The notes beneath the pieces were generated by a model. It ran no database searches and had not been told where the DNA came from. It saw only the letters and a list, made by a program, of their open reading frames with translations. From assembly GCA_902494035.1 (NCBI GenBank), contig CABURV010000002.1, positions 530 through 64,529 on the forward strand: 64,000 nucleotides of DNA, written 5' to 3'. A program made the translations under genes and the position numbers. The stretch comes from an uncultured Collinsella sp. (GTDB taxonomy: Bacteria > Actinomycetota > Coriobacteriia > Coriobacteriales > Coriobacteriaceae). Positions 28,209 to 37,077 of this stretch are shown in pieces (position 1 is the stretch's first letter; each line of letters starts with the position of its first letter).

Positions 28209-29639
28209 ATGGCATCGAAGAACCTTTTGCCCGTCGTCGCACTCTGCGGCGCGCTCGCAACCGGAACGCCTGTCGCCGCTTGGGCGACTCCCGTCATGGC
28301 AGACTCCTTACCAGCAGCCCTAAGCTCCGCACCAAATCCGTCGAGCGCCATTGCGTGCAAGCGTTTTTCGATCGCACAGGCCGCAATCTCAACCTCGGGA
28401 TGCCTTCGTCGTAATACGGACGGCTCGATAGTCGTGGATATCAATCGTTCGAACAAGGCAAACGGCTCCCAGGCGGGGTGTGCCGTCTGCACGTGGCGCT
28501 CGGTTGTGTTCGATGCAGATGGCGATCCGTGCGATTTGGAGTTGCGCATCGACATCGCTTCGGTCGATGACTCGGCGAACGGAGCGAAGGTCGCCTTCGA
28601 CGGTACGTTTTTTGAGAAAGGAGGCGGTATATGTCTGGGCTGCGCCGCCGCGAATGCAGACGACACGCAGCCCACCCTCTCATTCACGGCATCGTTGCGG
28701 CTGACCAAAGCCGGCACCGATGCCATCGCGGTGGGAGAAGCGTCCCTGCTGTTCTACGCCGTCAGCGCCAAAGACACAGACGCTCATTTCGAGAAGCCAG
28801 CCGGATCTCTCAGCCTTACGCGCGGGACGGAGGCAGGCCCTATTGAGATCGATGCCCACGCGCAATGCAGGCAACGCATTCTTGCCGACCCGGCGCTTCT
28901 CGAAATGGAGTGGAACGGATCCGGAGCCATCGGAATTCTCCCCTCCGCGCTTGACGCCAAGACGCTCCCCTCAAACGACGAACCCATCAACGCAACCATA
29001 CAAGAAGAGAGCGCGGATAAAGAAGCAAGTGCGGGCGACACGCCGTCGCCGACAAACAGCGTCCCAGCTTCTTTCGAAGCACCGGATGAGCCCGCTACCG
29101 ATCCAAACGATCCCGAGCTCGCGGACAGTCTGGGGCTTGCTGATCCTCAAGAGATCGATGAAGGTAACTGCTGCGTGCTTGCCGCGCTCGACCACACAGA
29201 GGTCATCGACGCTGCGAACATCGAAGCTGCCGCCGCCAATCAGCCCGTCCGCAAGTCGGCTATCATCGCATTTCCTGAATCCATCGAAGTCGTCTTTTTG
29301 CCATCGGGCGAGGTCGTGGCCCCAACACTGCTCACCTTGTTGGGCGCCAAGAATACTCGAAACGAAATTAAAAAGGTCACAGTTGTCGACCCTGCAACCA
29401 CCGCCAAGCTGCGTCTATACGCCGTTGCTCCAGACGGAGGCAAGGCCTTGGAATTCGATGGCGACACACTCCTAGCCTGGCGACGTCTGGACATTATGCA
29501 AGACGTCTCGTACCAGATCGAGCTCGAAGGGTTTGATCGTGCCCGCGATGCCAATATCATCGCCGCGGCTATTGAATCCCCGCAGCGGCTTATGACACTG
29601 CGCTTTGAATACTATCCCTATGTCCCGACAACCACCTGA
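28209..29639 (+). CDS. Secreted two-domain hypothetical protein
   Basis: AAGGAG RBS, signal peptide (AWA-T), acidic Pro-rich central linker. Confidence 0.65.
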   Translation: MASKNLLPVVALCGALATGTPVAAWATPVMADSLPAALSSAPNPSSAIACKRFSIAQAAISTSGCLRRNTDGSIVVDINRSNKANGSQAGCAVCTWRSVVFDADGDPCDLELRIDIASVDDSANGAKVAFDGTFFEKGGGICLGCAAANADDTQPTLSFTASLRLTKAGTDAIAVGEASLLFYAVSAKDTDAHFEKPAGSLSLTRGTEAGPIEIDAHAQCRQRILADPALLEMEWNGSGAIGILPSALDAKTLPSNDEPINATIQEESADKEASAGDTPSPTNSVPASFEAPDEPATDPNDPELADSLGLADPQEIDEGNCCVLAALDHTEVIDAANIEAAAANQPVRKSAIIAFPESIEVVFLPSGEVVAPTLLTLLGAKNTRNEIKKVTVVDPATTAKLRLYAVAPDGGKALEFDGDTLLAWRRLDIMQDVSYQIELEGFDRARDANIIAAAIESPQRLMTLRFEYYPYVPTTT

Positions 29640-29757
29640 GGCTTAAATGCTGCGCATCATTCCTAATACCGCTTATATAACGTATTAGATGGGTTGCGAT
29701 GTGCCTCGCATTTCGTTCTGCTACGATTGCCACGTTGGCATCAATACAGGAGGGCTC

Positions 29758-30474
29758 ATGCCGGGCTTGGGAACAATCATCAACGTTGTGCTTTTAGTTG
29801 CGGGCGGTCTTTTAGGATTAGCGGGCGGCCGCTTCATTACACCGCGCATCCAAGACACGCTCATGAAAGCATCGGGGCTGTGCGTCCTGTTTATCGGCCT
29901 GGGCGGCACCATGCAAAAGATGCTCATCATCGATGGAAAAGCGCTAGCGACCACCGGTACCACCATGCTCATCGTCTCATTTGCGCTCGGTTCGCTCATC
30001 GGCGAGGCCGTCAACTTGGAAGCCGCCATCGAGAACCTTGGCGAATGGCTCAAGCGCAAGACTGGCAGTGAGGGCGATAACGAGTTCACCAACGCTTTTG
30101 TCTCGACTTCACTCACCGTGTGTATCGGCGCCATGGCCATTGTGGGATCGATCCAGGACGGTCTGCTCGGTGACTGGTCAACGCTTGCCCTGAAAGGCGC
30201 ATTGGACTGCATCATCGTCTGCACCATGACGGCGTCGCTTGGCCGCGGCTGCATTTTCTCCGCCCTGCCCGTCGCCGTGTTCCAGGGGACGATCACGCTG
30301 TTTGCCGGCGCACTCTCCCCCATCATGACCACGGCAGCCCTCGACAGCCTTTCGCTCGTAGGCTCCATGCTCATCTTCTGCGTCGGCGTCAACCTCATCC
30401 GTCCCCAGACCTTCCGCACGGCCAATATGCTCCCCTCCGTCGTCATCGCCGTCATCTACGCCCTCCTGTTCTAA
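29758..30474 (+). CDS. DUF554 (YqgA/YdfK-like) membrane protein
   Basis: GTIINV, GSLIGE, CIGAMAIVGSIQDGLLGD, ANMLPS. Confidence 0.88.
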   Translation: MPGLGTIINVVLLVAGGLLGLAGGRFITPRIQDTLMKASGLCVLFIGLGGTMQKMLIIDGKALATTGTTMLIVSFALGSLIGEAVNLEAAIENLGEWLKRKTGSEGDNEFTNAFVSTSLTVCIGAMAIVGSIQDGLLGDWSTLALKGALDCIIVCTMTASLGRGCIFSALPVAVFQGTITLFAGALSPIMTTAALDSLSLVGSMLIFCVGVNLIRPQTFRTANMLPSVVIAVIYALLF

Positions 30475-30495
30475 ATCTATCTACGCAGCAGTATC

Positions 30496-30525
30496 TCGAA
30501 CACTTGTTTGATGCTGTGCTATGAT
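30496..30525 (+). promoter_or_regulatory. LexA (SOS) box-like operator next to an extended -10 promoter element
   Basis: TCGAAC-actt-GTTTGA (30496-30511), one mismatch to TCGAAC-N4-GTTCGA; TGcTATGAT at 30517-30525. Confidence 0.65.
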
Positions 30526-30562
30526 ATGAGGCCACCGAAACTGCGTTAGGAGAGGAGAGGCG

Positions 30563-32323
30563 GTGGCCGACCAGGACATCAAGATGCTCATCGAGCGCAT
30601 TATGGCCGAGGCCCGGACCCATCAGTCCGCCCGTTTCTCACATGAAGTCTACGCAGACGAGCCGATTCTCAAGACCGGCCGACAGATGCAGAACTTCCTC
30701 CCCGACCAGTACCGCAAAATGCGTGAGATATCGCGTTGGCAAGAAGACCCCAAGGGCGGCGCGGGCCGCTGGCTATCGGAGGCCGAGCTTTTCTACCGCC
30801 AAGGCTTGCTGATGGCCGATTTCGAGGACGACTGCCCCTACAACGGCACCTTTAAGTCGTACTTTCCCACCTACAACGCCATGAGCGACCGGCAGCTGCG
30901 CGGCTACTTTACCTGGCGTGCCCAAGTGCGCCGCGGAACCGTCGAGGAAACGTCTACGTCCTTTGCCTTTCTGTATCTCTATGAGCTGATTTGCGGCATT
31001 GGCGTAGATGACCCGCTCGATGGTTTTAACAAGATCAAGGCCTTTTGGGATGCCTACCGCGCCTTCGAGCCCGGCATCGACCGGTTTGCACGCGTGTGGT
31101 TGCAGGACTACGCCGTGTTCCACGGGCTCGACCCCAAGCTGCTTCGTGATTCTAAAACCGTCATGTTCGATTACGCCCTTATCGAGCTGCGGCGCGCGGC
31201 ACGAGACCTTGTACCAGCACCGGCGCCGTCCGGCCAGACCCCTACGCGTCGCAAAACCTCCGAGCCCACGCTCCCCCTTCCGCCCGATGAGGTGCGCGAG
31301 GAGCGACTCATGGCCGCCATCAACGCCCTCTCCACGTACAACCTAAGTAGCTCGCGGCTCGACCGCAGCCACCACCGCGATCTGCGCCACGTGGCATGCG
31401 CCGTGTATGTCCGCATGGCGCGCTACTATGACACGCACCGAAAGACCGGCATCGTGGCGAGTTTATTTGGGGAGGAGACGGCCATGCCCTACACCATGTT
31501 TGCCTCGGCCGTATTCTTTGCGCCCGAGCGCCACGAGGACTGCGAATACCGCCTGGATCCTATCCATATCTACCGTTGCCAAAACGGCTTTTGGGAATGC
31601 ATGCGTATCCATAGCAGTAGGCAAAAGAGTAGCAAGCTCGGTGAAATGATGCGCGCCTGCGACCAACGCCTGCGCCTGGCGCTGGACCCCGCCCATCCCC
31701 TTAAGGAAGAAAAGGTCCCCAAATATCTGGCCAAGATTATCGATGACGAGATTGTGGCATGGCTTTCGTGGGACGCCGCACACCAGCCCGTCAAGATCGA
31801 TATCGATCTGAGTCAGCTGGGACACATTCGGAGCGCCGCCGTGCAAACGCGCGAAGCGCTTTTGATCGACGAGGAACGCGAGGACGGCGCACCTGTGGAA
31901 GCCGAGGCGACGCTTATAGAGCAACCGAACACCGAGTCTGCACCCGGCATGACTGCCGAACCTGGCGAGATGACCATACGGCAAAACGAACCCGACGAGC
32001 CGACTGTCTCCACCGAAGAGTTTGGCGTCGTGGCGCCGCTCCTCGCGTCTGTGGACGCACCCGTAACGCCCGCGCCCACCGAAGCTGCAAACAAACTCGC
32101 TCCCGCCGAAGATACCTTCCTTCGCGCGCTCCTCGAACAAAACGCAGCGCAAGCGACATCGGCAGTGGCGCACTCGGGCCAAAGCGAAGATATGCTCGTC
32201 GACAGCATCAACGAGGCGCTCTTTGACCTGGTGGGAGACACCGTTATCGAATTCGGCGCGGCAGGGCCGCAGATTATCGAGGACTACGAAGCAGACGTGA
32301 GAGGATACCTAGACCATGAGTGA
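30563..32323 (+). CDS. TerB_N / TerB_C domain protein
   Basis: SYFPTYNAMSDRQLRGYFTWR, FLYLYELICGIG (TerB_N); LVDSINEALFDLVGDTVIE (TerB_C). Confidence 0.85.
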   Translation: MADQDIKMLIERIMAEARTHQSARFSHEVYADEPILKTGRQMQNFLPDQYRKMREISRWQEDPKGGAGRWLSEAELFYRQGLLMADFEDDCPYNGTFKSYFPTYNAMSDRQLRGYFTWRAQVRRGTVEETSTSFAFLYLYELICGIGVDDPLDGFNKIKAFWDAYRAFEPGIDRFARVWLQDYAVFHGLDPKLLRDSKTVMFDYALIELRRAARDLVPAPAPSGQTPTRRKTSEPTLPLPPDEVREERLMAAINALSTYNLSSSRLDRSHHRDLRHVACAVYVRMARYYDTHRKTGIVASLFGEETAMPYTMFASAVFFAPERHEDCEYRLDPIHIYRCQNGFWECMRIHSSRQKSSKLGEMMRACDQRLRLALDPAHPLKEEKVPKYLAKIIDDEIVAWLSWDAAHQPVKIDIDLSQLGHIRSAAVQTREALLIDEEREDGAPVEAEATLIEQPNTESAPGMTAEPGEMTIRQNEPDEPTVSTEEFGVVAPLLASVDAPVTPAPTEAANKLAPAEDTFLRALLEQNAAQATSAVAHSGQSEDMLVDSINEALFDLVGDTVIEFGAAGPQIIEDYEADVRGYLDHE

Positions 32324-33614
32324 TACCGCATCCGCAGCACCCCGCGTGCCCAAGCGCGTCGCTGCCGTCATTCTAAACTCGCTCAAGGGCGGCGTGGTCC
32401 CGCGCATCGGCCTTCCTTACATCACCGTAGGGCGCGAGGTCGAGATCCGCGCCCTGCTCACCGATCTGAGTCTCATCGCCGACGGTGGCGCGAGCTTCCG
32501 CTTTCTGGTCGGTCGTTACGGCGCCGGCAAGAGCTTTTTGCTCCAGACCATCCGCACGCACGCCATGGGCGAGGGATTCGTCGTCGCTGATGCCGACCTG
32601 TCGCCCGAGCGCCGCCTGCAGGGCGGTCAAGGACAGGGCCTTGCCACCTACCGCGAGCTCATCCGCAATATATCGACCAGGACGCGCCCCGAGGGCGGTG
32701 CGCTCAACCTTATTTTGGATCGCTGGGTCGCCTCGTGTGCCGACGTCGACGAGTCGGTCGTCAATGCCCAACTGGCCCCACTCGAGGAGATGGTCCACGG
32801 CTTCGACTTCACCCGCATGCTCCGCCGCTATCGCATGGCCGTCTCGGAGGGTGACGAAGAAGCTATGAGTCGCGTGACCAAATGGATTCGCGGCGAATAC
32901 CGCACCAAGAGTGAGGCACGCGCCGAGTTGGGCTCCTCGACCATCATCAGCGATGACGACTGGTACGACTACGTTAAGCTCATTGCGCGCTTTTTGGTCT
33001 GCAGCGGCTACAAGGGCATGCTGGTGCTCATCGACGAGCTCGTGAATCTGTACAAGATTCCCAACGCGATTACGCGCCAATATAACTACGAGAAGATCCT
33101 GACCATGTACAACGACACGCTTCAGGGCAAGGCGCAGTACCTGGGCGTAATCATGGGTGGCACGCCGACCTCTATCGAGGACCGCCGCCGAGGCGTGTTC
33201 TCCTACGAGGCCCTGCGCAGCCGACTCGCTCAGGGCCGCTTTGCGCGCGAGGACCTTAAGGACATGCTCGCGCCCATCATCCGCCTGCAGCCACTCACCT
33301 ATGAGGAGTTGCTGGTGCTGATCGAAAAACTCATGCAAATTCACGCCGGCTACTTTGGCTGGACGCCCACGCTTACCGAGAAGGACTTGGTGGACTTCCT
33401 CAAGATCGAGTTCGGTCGTGTGGGAGCCGACACGCATCTGACGCCGCGTGAAGTCATTCGTGACTTTATCGAGCTGCTCGACATCCTATGCCAGAACCCC
33501 GACGCCAACGTGGCCGAGTTGCTGCAAAGCGTCGGCGGCGACGCGCCAGCAGCCGCAACAGACGACACCGGCACCGCAGGCGGCGACCGTAACTTCGCCG
33601 AATTCACCATCTAA
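32316..33614 (+). CDS. DUF2791 / BrxD-like P-loop ATPase
   Basis: SLKGGVVPRIG, GRYGAGKS, LSPERRL, LIDELVNLYK, YEALRSRL. Confidence 0.88.
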   Translation: MSDTASAAPRVPKRVAAVILNSLKGGVVPRIGLPYITVGREVEIRALLTDLSLIADGGASFRFLVGRYGAGKSFLLQTIRTHAMGEGFVVADADLSPERRLQGGQGQGLATYRELIRNISTRTRPEGGALNLILDRWVASCADVDESVVNAQLAPLEEMVHGFDFTRMLRRYRMAVSEGDEEAMSRVTKWIRGEYRTKSEARAELGSSTIISDDDWYDYVKLIARFLVCSGYKGMLVLIDELVNLYKIPNAITRQYNYEKILTMYNDTLQGKAQYLGVIMGGTPTSIEDRRRGVFSYEALRSRLAQGRFAREDLKDMLAPIIRLQPLTYEELLVLIEKLMQIHAGYFGWTPTLTEKDLVDFLKIEFGRVGADTHLTPREVIRDFIELLDILCQNPDANVAELLQSVGGDAPAAATDDTGTAGGDRNFAEFTI

Positions 33615-33649
33615 CCTGCCAAAAAGGGACAGGTTTATTTTGGCAGGTT
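33613..33649. repeat. REP-like hairpin with 13-nt GGGAC loop
   Basis: aacctgccaaaa [agggacaggttta] ttttggcaggtt. Confidence 0.65.
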
Positions 33650-33730
33650 TTATCTGGGCAAACGTCGATGTTGCAATTCGACGACCCATTGCCCGTTGCG
33701 TTTGATAACCCGTTGTTGAAAGGAGGCCCC

Positions 33731-36172
33731 GTGAACGCCTTTGCCCGCTACGCTCCGTTTATCCAAGACTTCATCTACACCCACGATTGGGAGAGTCTGC
33801 GCTCTATCCAGGTTGCAGCGGCAGACGCCATCTTTAACACGCAAGACAATGTGCTCCTGACGGCATCCACGGCTTCCGGCAAAACCGAGGCAGCCTTCTT
33901 TCCCATCCTGACCGAGTTTTGGGAGAACCCGCCCGCGAGCGTGGGCGCCCTCTACATCGGCCCCCTCAAGGCGCTCATCAATGATCAGTTCGTCCGTCTC
34001 AACGACCTCTGCGAAGAGGCCGATATCCCTGTCTGGCACTGGCATGGCGATGTCTCGCAGTCGCACAAGGCTAAGCTCATCAAAAAACCGAGCGGCATCT
34101 TGCAGATTACACCCGAGTCGCTCGAGGCGCTCCTGATCCACAAGCACATGGCGATCCCGCGCATGTTTTGCGACCTGCGCTACGTGGTCATCGATGAGGT
34201 CCACTCGCTCATGCGCGGCGACCGTGGCGGGCAGACGCTCTGCCTTATCGAGCGGCTCTCGCGCATGGCCGGCGTGCAGCCTCGACGCATTGGCCTTTCG
34301 GCCACCATCGGCGACCCCGAGCGCACGGGCGCTTTTCTCTCACAGGGAACGGGGCGCAACTGCGTTATCCCCCGCTTTGAAGAACCGCGTCGCGTGTGGC
34401 GCATCTCCATGGAGCACTTCTACAACTCGGGCCCCCAGGCACAGCAGCGGGGATTCGTGGGCACAGGTCCTCAAGAGGCCGAAGTGCTTGCGTGCGAGCG
34501 CATCGAGGCGGCATCCGCGGCACTGCCGGCCGACACCCAAGACATGCGCCACAGCGGACAACTCACACAAGAGGAGCGCCGTCAACGTCGTGAGCGGGCA
34601 CGGGGCAAGGCCGCTCCCAAGGACCGCCAAACTTCCTCGGCCCCCGAGGGCGAAGTCGATATCCCCCAAGCACCCGAACAGGCATTACTCAACCCCACCG
34701 ACACAGCACCAGACAACGCCGACCCCGGCATGGGCTATATCTTCGAACACACCCGCGGCCGCAAGTGCCTGGTCTTTGCCAACTCGCGCGAGGAGGCAGA
34801 GGCCGTATGCTCCATGCTGCGTAGCTACTGCGAGAGCCGGCACGAGCCCGACCGCTTTCTCATCCACCACGGCAATCTTTCGGCATCGCTGCGTGAGACG
34901 GCCGAGGAGCTCATGCGAGACGAGGAACAGGCGCAAACGACCGTCACCACCTCTACGCTGGAGCTCGGTATCGATATCGGCCGCCTGGAGCGTGCGTTTC
35001 AGATCGATGCGCCATTTACCGTCAGCTCCTTTTTGCAGCGAATGGGCCGCACGGGACGCCGCGATCTTCCGCCCGAGATGTGGTTTGTCATGCGCGAGGA
35101 AGAGCCCGAGCCGCGCACGATGATGCCCGAGACCATTCCGTGGAAGCTCCTGCAGGGCATCGCGCTCGTACAACTCTATCGCGAGGAAAAGTGGGTCGAG
35201 CCGCCCGAGCTCGATCGACTCCCCTACAGCCTGCTCTACCACCAGACCATGTCGACGCTTGCCAGCACCGGCGAACTCACGCCGGCAGAGCTTGCCCAGC
35301 GCGTACTCACGCTCAGTTATTTCCATCGCGTCTCGGCCGATGACTATCGCGTGCTGCTGCGCCACCTCATTAAGATCGACCATATCCAGGTCACCGAGGG
35401 CGGCGGGCTCATCGTGGGTCTCGCGGGCGAGCGCATCATCAACAACTTTAAGTTCTACGCCGTGTTCCAGGAAAACGAGGAGTTCACCGTTCGCAGCGAG
35501 TCGGCCGAGTTGGGCACGATCGTCAATCCTCCACCGCCCGGTGAGCGCATCGCCATCGCAGGCCATTGCTGGATTGTCGAAGAAGTGGACTGGAAGCGCC
35601 ATACCGTCTTTGCCACGCAGGTCAAAGGCCGGGTGCCGGCCTACTTTGGCGACTGCCCCGGCGACATTAACACGCATGTGCTCGAGCGCATGCGCCAAGC
35701 GCTCACTGAGCACGCGGCATATCCGTACCTTATGGGTAACGCACGGGCTCGCTTGGCGCAGGCTCGTCATACCGCCGAGATTTCGGGCGCGGGGACCAAG
35801 CCGCTCATCAACCTGGGTGGCGACACCTGGGCGCTCTTCCCCTGGTTGGGTAGCTACGCCTTCCTAGCACTCGAGCGCATGCTTAAAATCAAATGCGCCG
35901 CTGAGTTGGGCCTTCGCGGACTCGACCCGTCACGCCCGTACTTTATGCAGTTTAAGATGAAGGCCGACGAGGAGACGTTCTTTGAAGTGCTCGCCGCCGA
36001 AGCCGAGAAAGACTTCGACCCCATCGACCTCGTCTATCCCGGCGAGGTGCCTTACTTTGATCGGTACGACGAATTCGTTCCAGAAGAGCTCGTGCGCAAA
36101 GGCTTTGCCGAAGGCGTGCTCGACATCGAAGGCATGAAGCAGCGCGTTCTCGGTTGGCGCGACCACGCCTAA
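33731..36172 (+). CDS. Lhr-like DEAD/DEAH-box SF2 helicase
   Basis: TASGKTEAAF, PLKALINDQ, ITPESLE, DEVH, LSAT, HHGNLS, TSTLELGIDIG, QRMGRTGRR; AGGAGG before GTG 33731. Confidence 0.92.
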   Translation: MNAFARYAPFIQDFIYTHDWESLRSIQVAAADAIFNTQDNVLLTASTASGKTEAAFFPILTEFWENPPASVGALYIGPLKALINDQFVRLNDLCEEADIPVWHWHGDVSQSHKAKLIKKPSGILQITPESLEALLIHKHMAIPRMFCDLRYVVIDEVHSLMRGDRGGQTLCLIERLSRMAGVQPRRIGLSATIGDPERTGAFLSQGTGRNCVIPRFEEPRRVWRISMEHFYNSGPQAQQRGFVGTGPQEAEVLACERIEAASAALPADTQDMRHSGQLTQEERRQRRERARGKAAPKDRQTSSAPEGEVDIPQAPEQALLNPTDTAPDNADPGMGYIFEHTRGRKCLVFANSREEAEAVCSMLRSYCESRHEPDRFLIHHGNLSASLRETAEELMRDEEQAQTTVTTSTLELGIDIGRLERAFQIDAPFTVSSFLQRMGRTGRRDLPPEMWFVMREEEPEPRTMMPETIPWKLLQGIALVQLYREEKWVEPPELDRLPYSLLYHQTMSTLASTGELTPAELAQRVLTLSYFHRVSADDYRVLLRHLIKIDHIQVTEGGGLIVGLAGERIINNFKFYAVFQENEEFTVRSESAELGTIVNPPPPGERIAIAGHCWIVEEVDWKRHTVFATQVKGRVPAYFGDCPGDINTHVLERMRQALTEHAAYPYLMGNARARLAQARHTAEISGAGTKPLINLGGDTWALFPWLGSYAFLALERMLKIKCAAELGLRGLDPSRPYFMQFKMKADEETFFEVLAAEAEKDFDPIDLVYPGEVPYFDRYDEFVPEELVRKGFAEGVLDIEGMKQRVLGWRDHA

Positions 36173-36198
36173 GACCAGTCTTTTTGGGACGGGGAGAC

Positions 36199-37077
36199 TT
36201 ATTTGTCGTGAAGGACGGTGCCGAGGAAGTCGGTGTCGAAGGGCACGGCTTCGGCAAAGGCGTAGTCGCCGTCGCTGGCGATGAGCAGGTAGTTCTCCTC
36301 GCCGCCGAACTCCGCATCGCCGCACGGGACCACCCAGGCATGGGCGAATACCTCGAGTGCCGTGGCAGCGCAGTCGCGCAGGAACGTCACGTCGCTCCCC
36401 TCGTTTGCGCTCACAATATTGGCGACGTAGACGCCACCAACATTTAGGCTGCCCCGCACTAAACGCAACGCCTCAACCGTCGCCAGCTCGCGTACGGGCT
36501 CGGCACCGCCAAAGCAATCGCTCACGACCGCGTCATAGCGACGATGGCCCACGCTCGTCACACCCAGATACGAGCGAGCCTCAGCGGTTATCACCCGCAG
36601 GCGATCGCCCGCCGCGCGCTCCAGCTCGTCTAGGTAGAACCAGCGGCGCGCCAGGCGCGTAATCTCTCCGTCATACTCGATAACGTCCATGCGCAAGCCC
36701 TCGTGCGACATCAGGGCGAATTTAGGATAGGCAAACCCGCCGCCGCCCAGCATAAGCATACGGCTGATACCGTGACCATAAGCGTCGCGCATCGCATCCT
36801 CGGCCTCAAACACGTCGTCAAACGCGCGATAGTACGCAAAGACGGGCTCCGCCCAACGATCGCCAACGTAACTCGCGCTTTGGTAGACGCCACCTTGCAC
36901 CAATACACGGACTTCGTCGCCGCCCTCGTCGTGCACGCGCTTCACACGCGCCAACCCATTGCGGGTTCGCACAACCTGCAGACAGGCAGCACGAACAGCG
37001 ACAGCGGCCGCACCAAGCGCCGCGGCTCCCAGAGCAACGCCGGCAACGACGCCGGCAGAAACACTCGGCTTGTTCAT
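36199..37077 (-). CDS. Spermidine-synthase-like class I SAM-dependent transferase
   Basis: YQSA, MLGGGGFAYP, VIEYD, ARRWF, YDAVVSDCF, GGVYVANI; hydrophobic N-terminus. Confidence 0.8.
   Translation of the reverse strand: MNKPSVSAGVVAGVALGAAALGAAAVAVRAACLQVVRTRNGLARVKRVHDEGGDEVRVLVQGGVYQSASYVGDRWAEPVFAYYRAFDDVFEAEDAMRDAYGHGISRMLMLGGGGFAYPKFALMSHEGLRMDVIEYDGEITRLARRWFYLDELERAAGDRLRVITAEARSYLGVTSVGHRRYDAVVSDCFGGAEPVRELATVEALRLVRGSLNVGGVYVANIVSANEGSDVTFLRDCAATALEVFAHAWVVPCGDAEFGGEENYLLIASDGDYAFAEAVPFDTDFLGTVLHDK

Noticed and set aside
30563..36172. Calling the operon a complete BREX system or a tellurite-resistance locus
   Set aside because: No pglZ, pglX, brxC or terC/terD genes in the window
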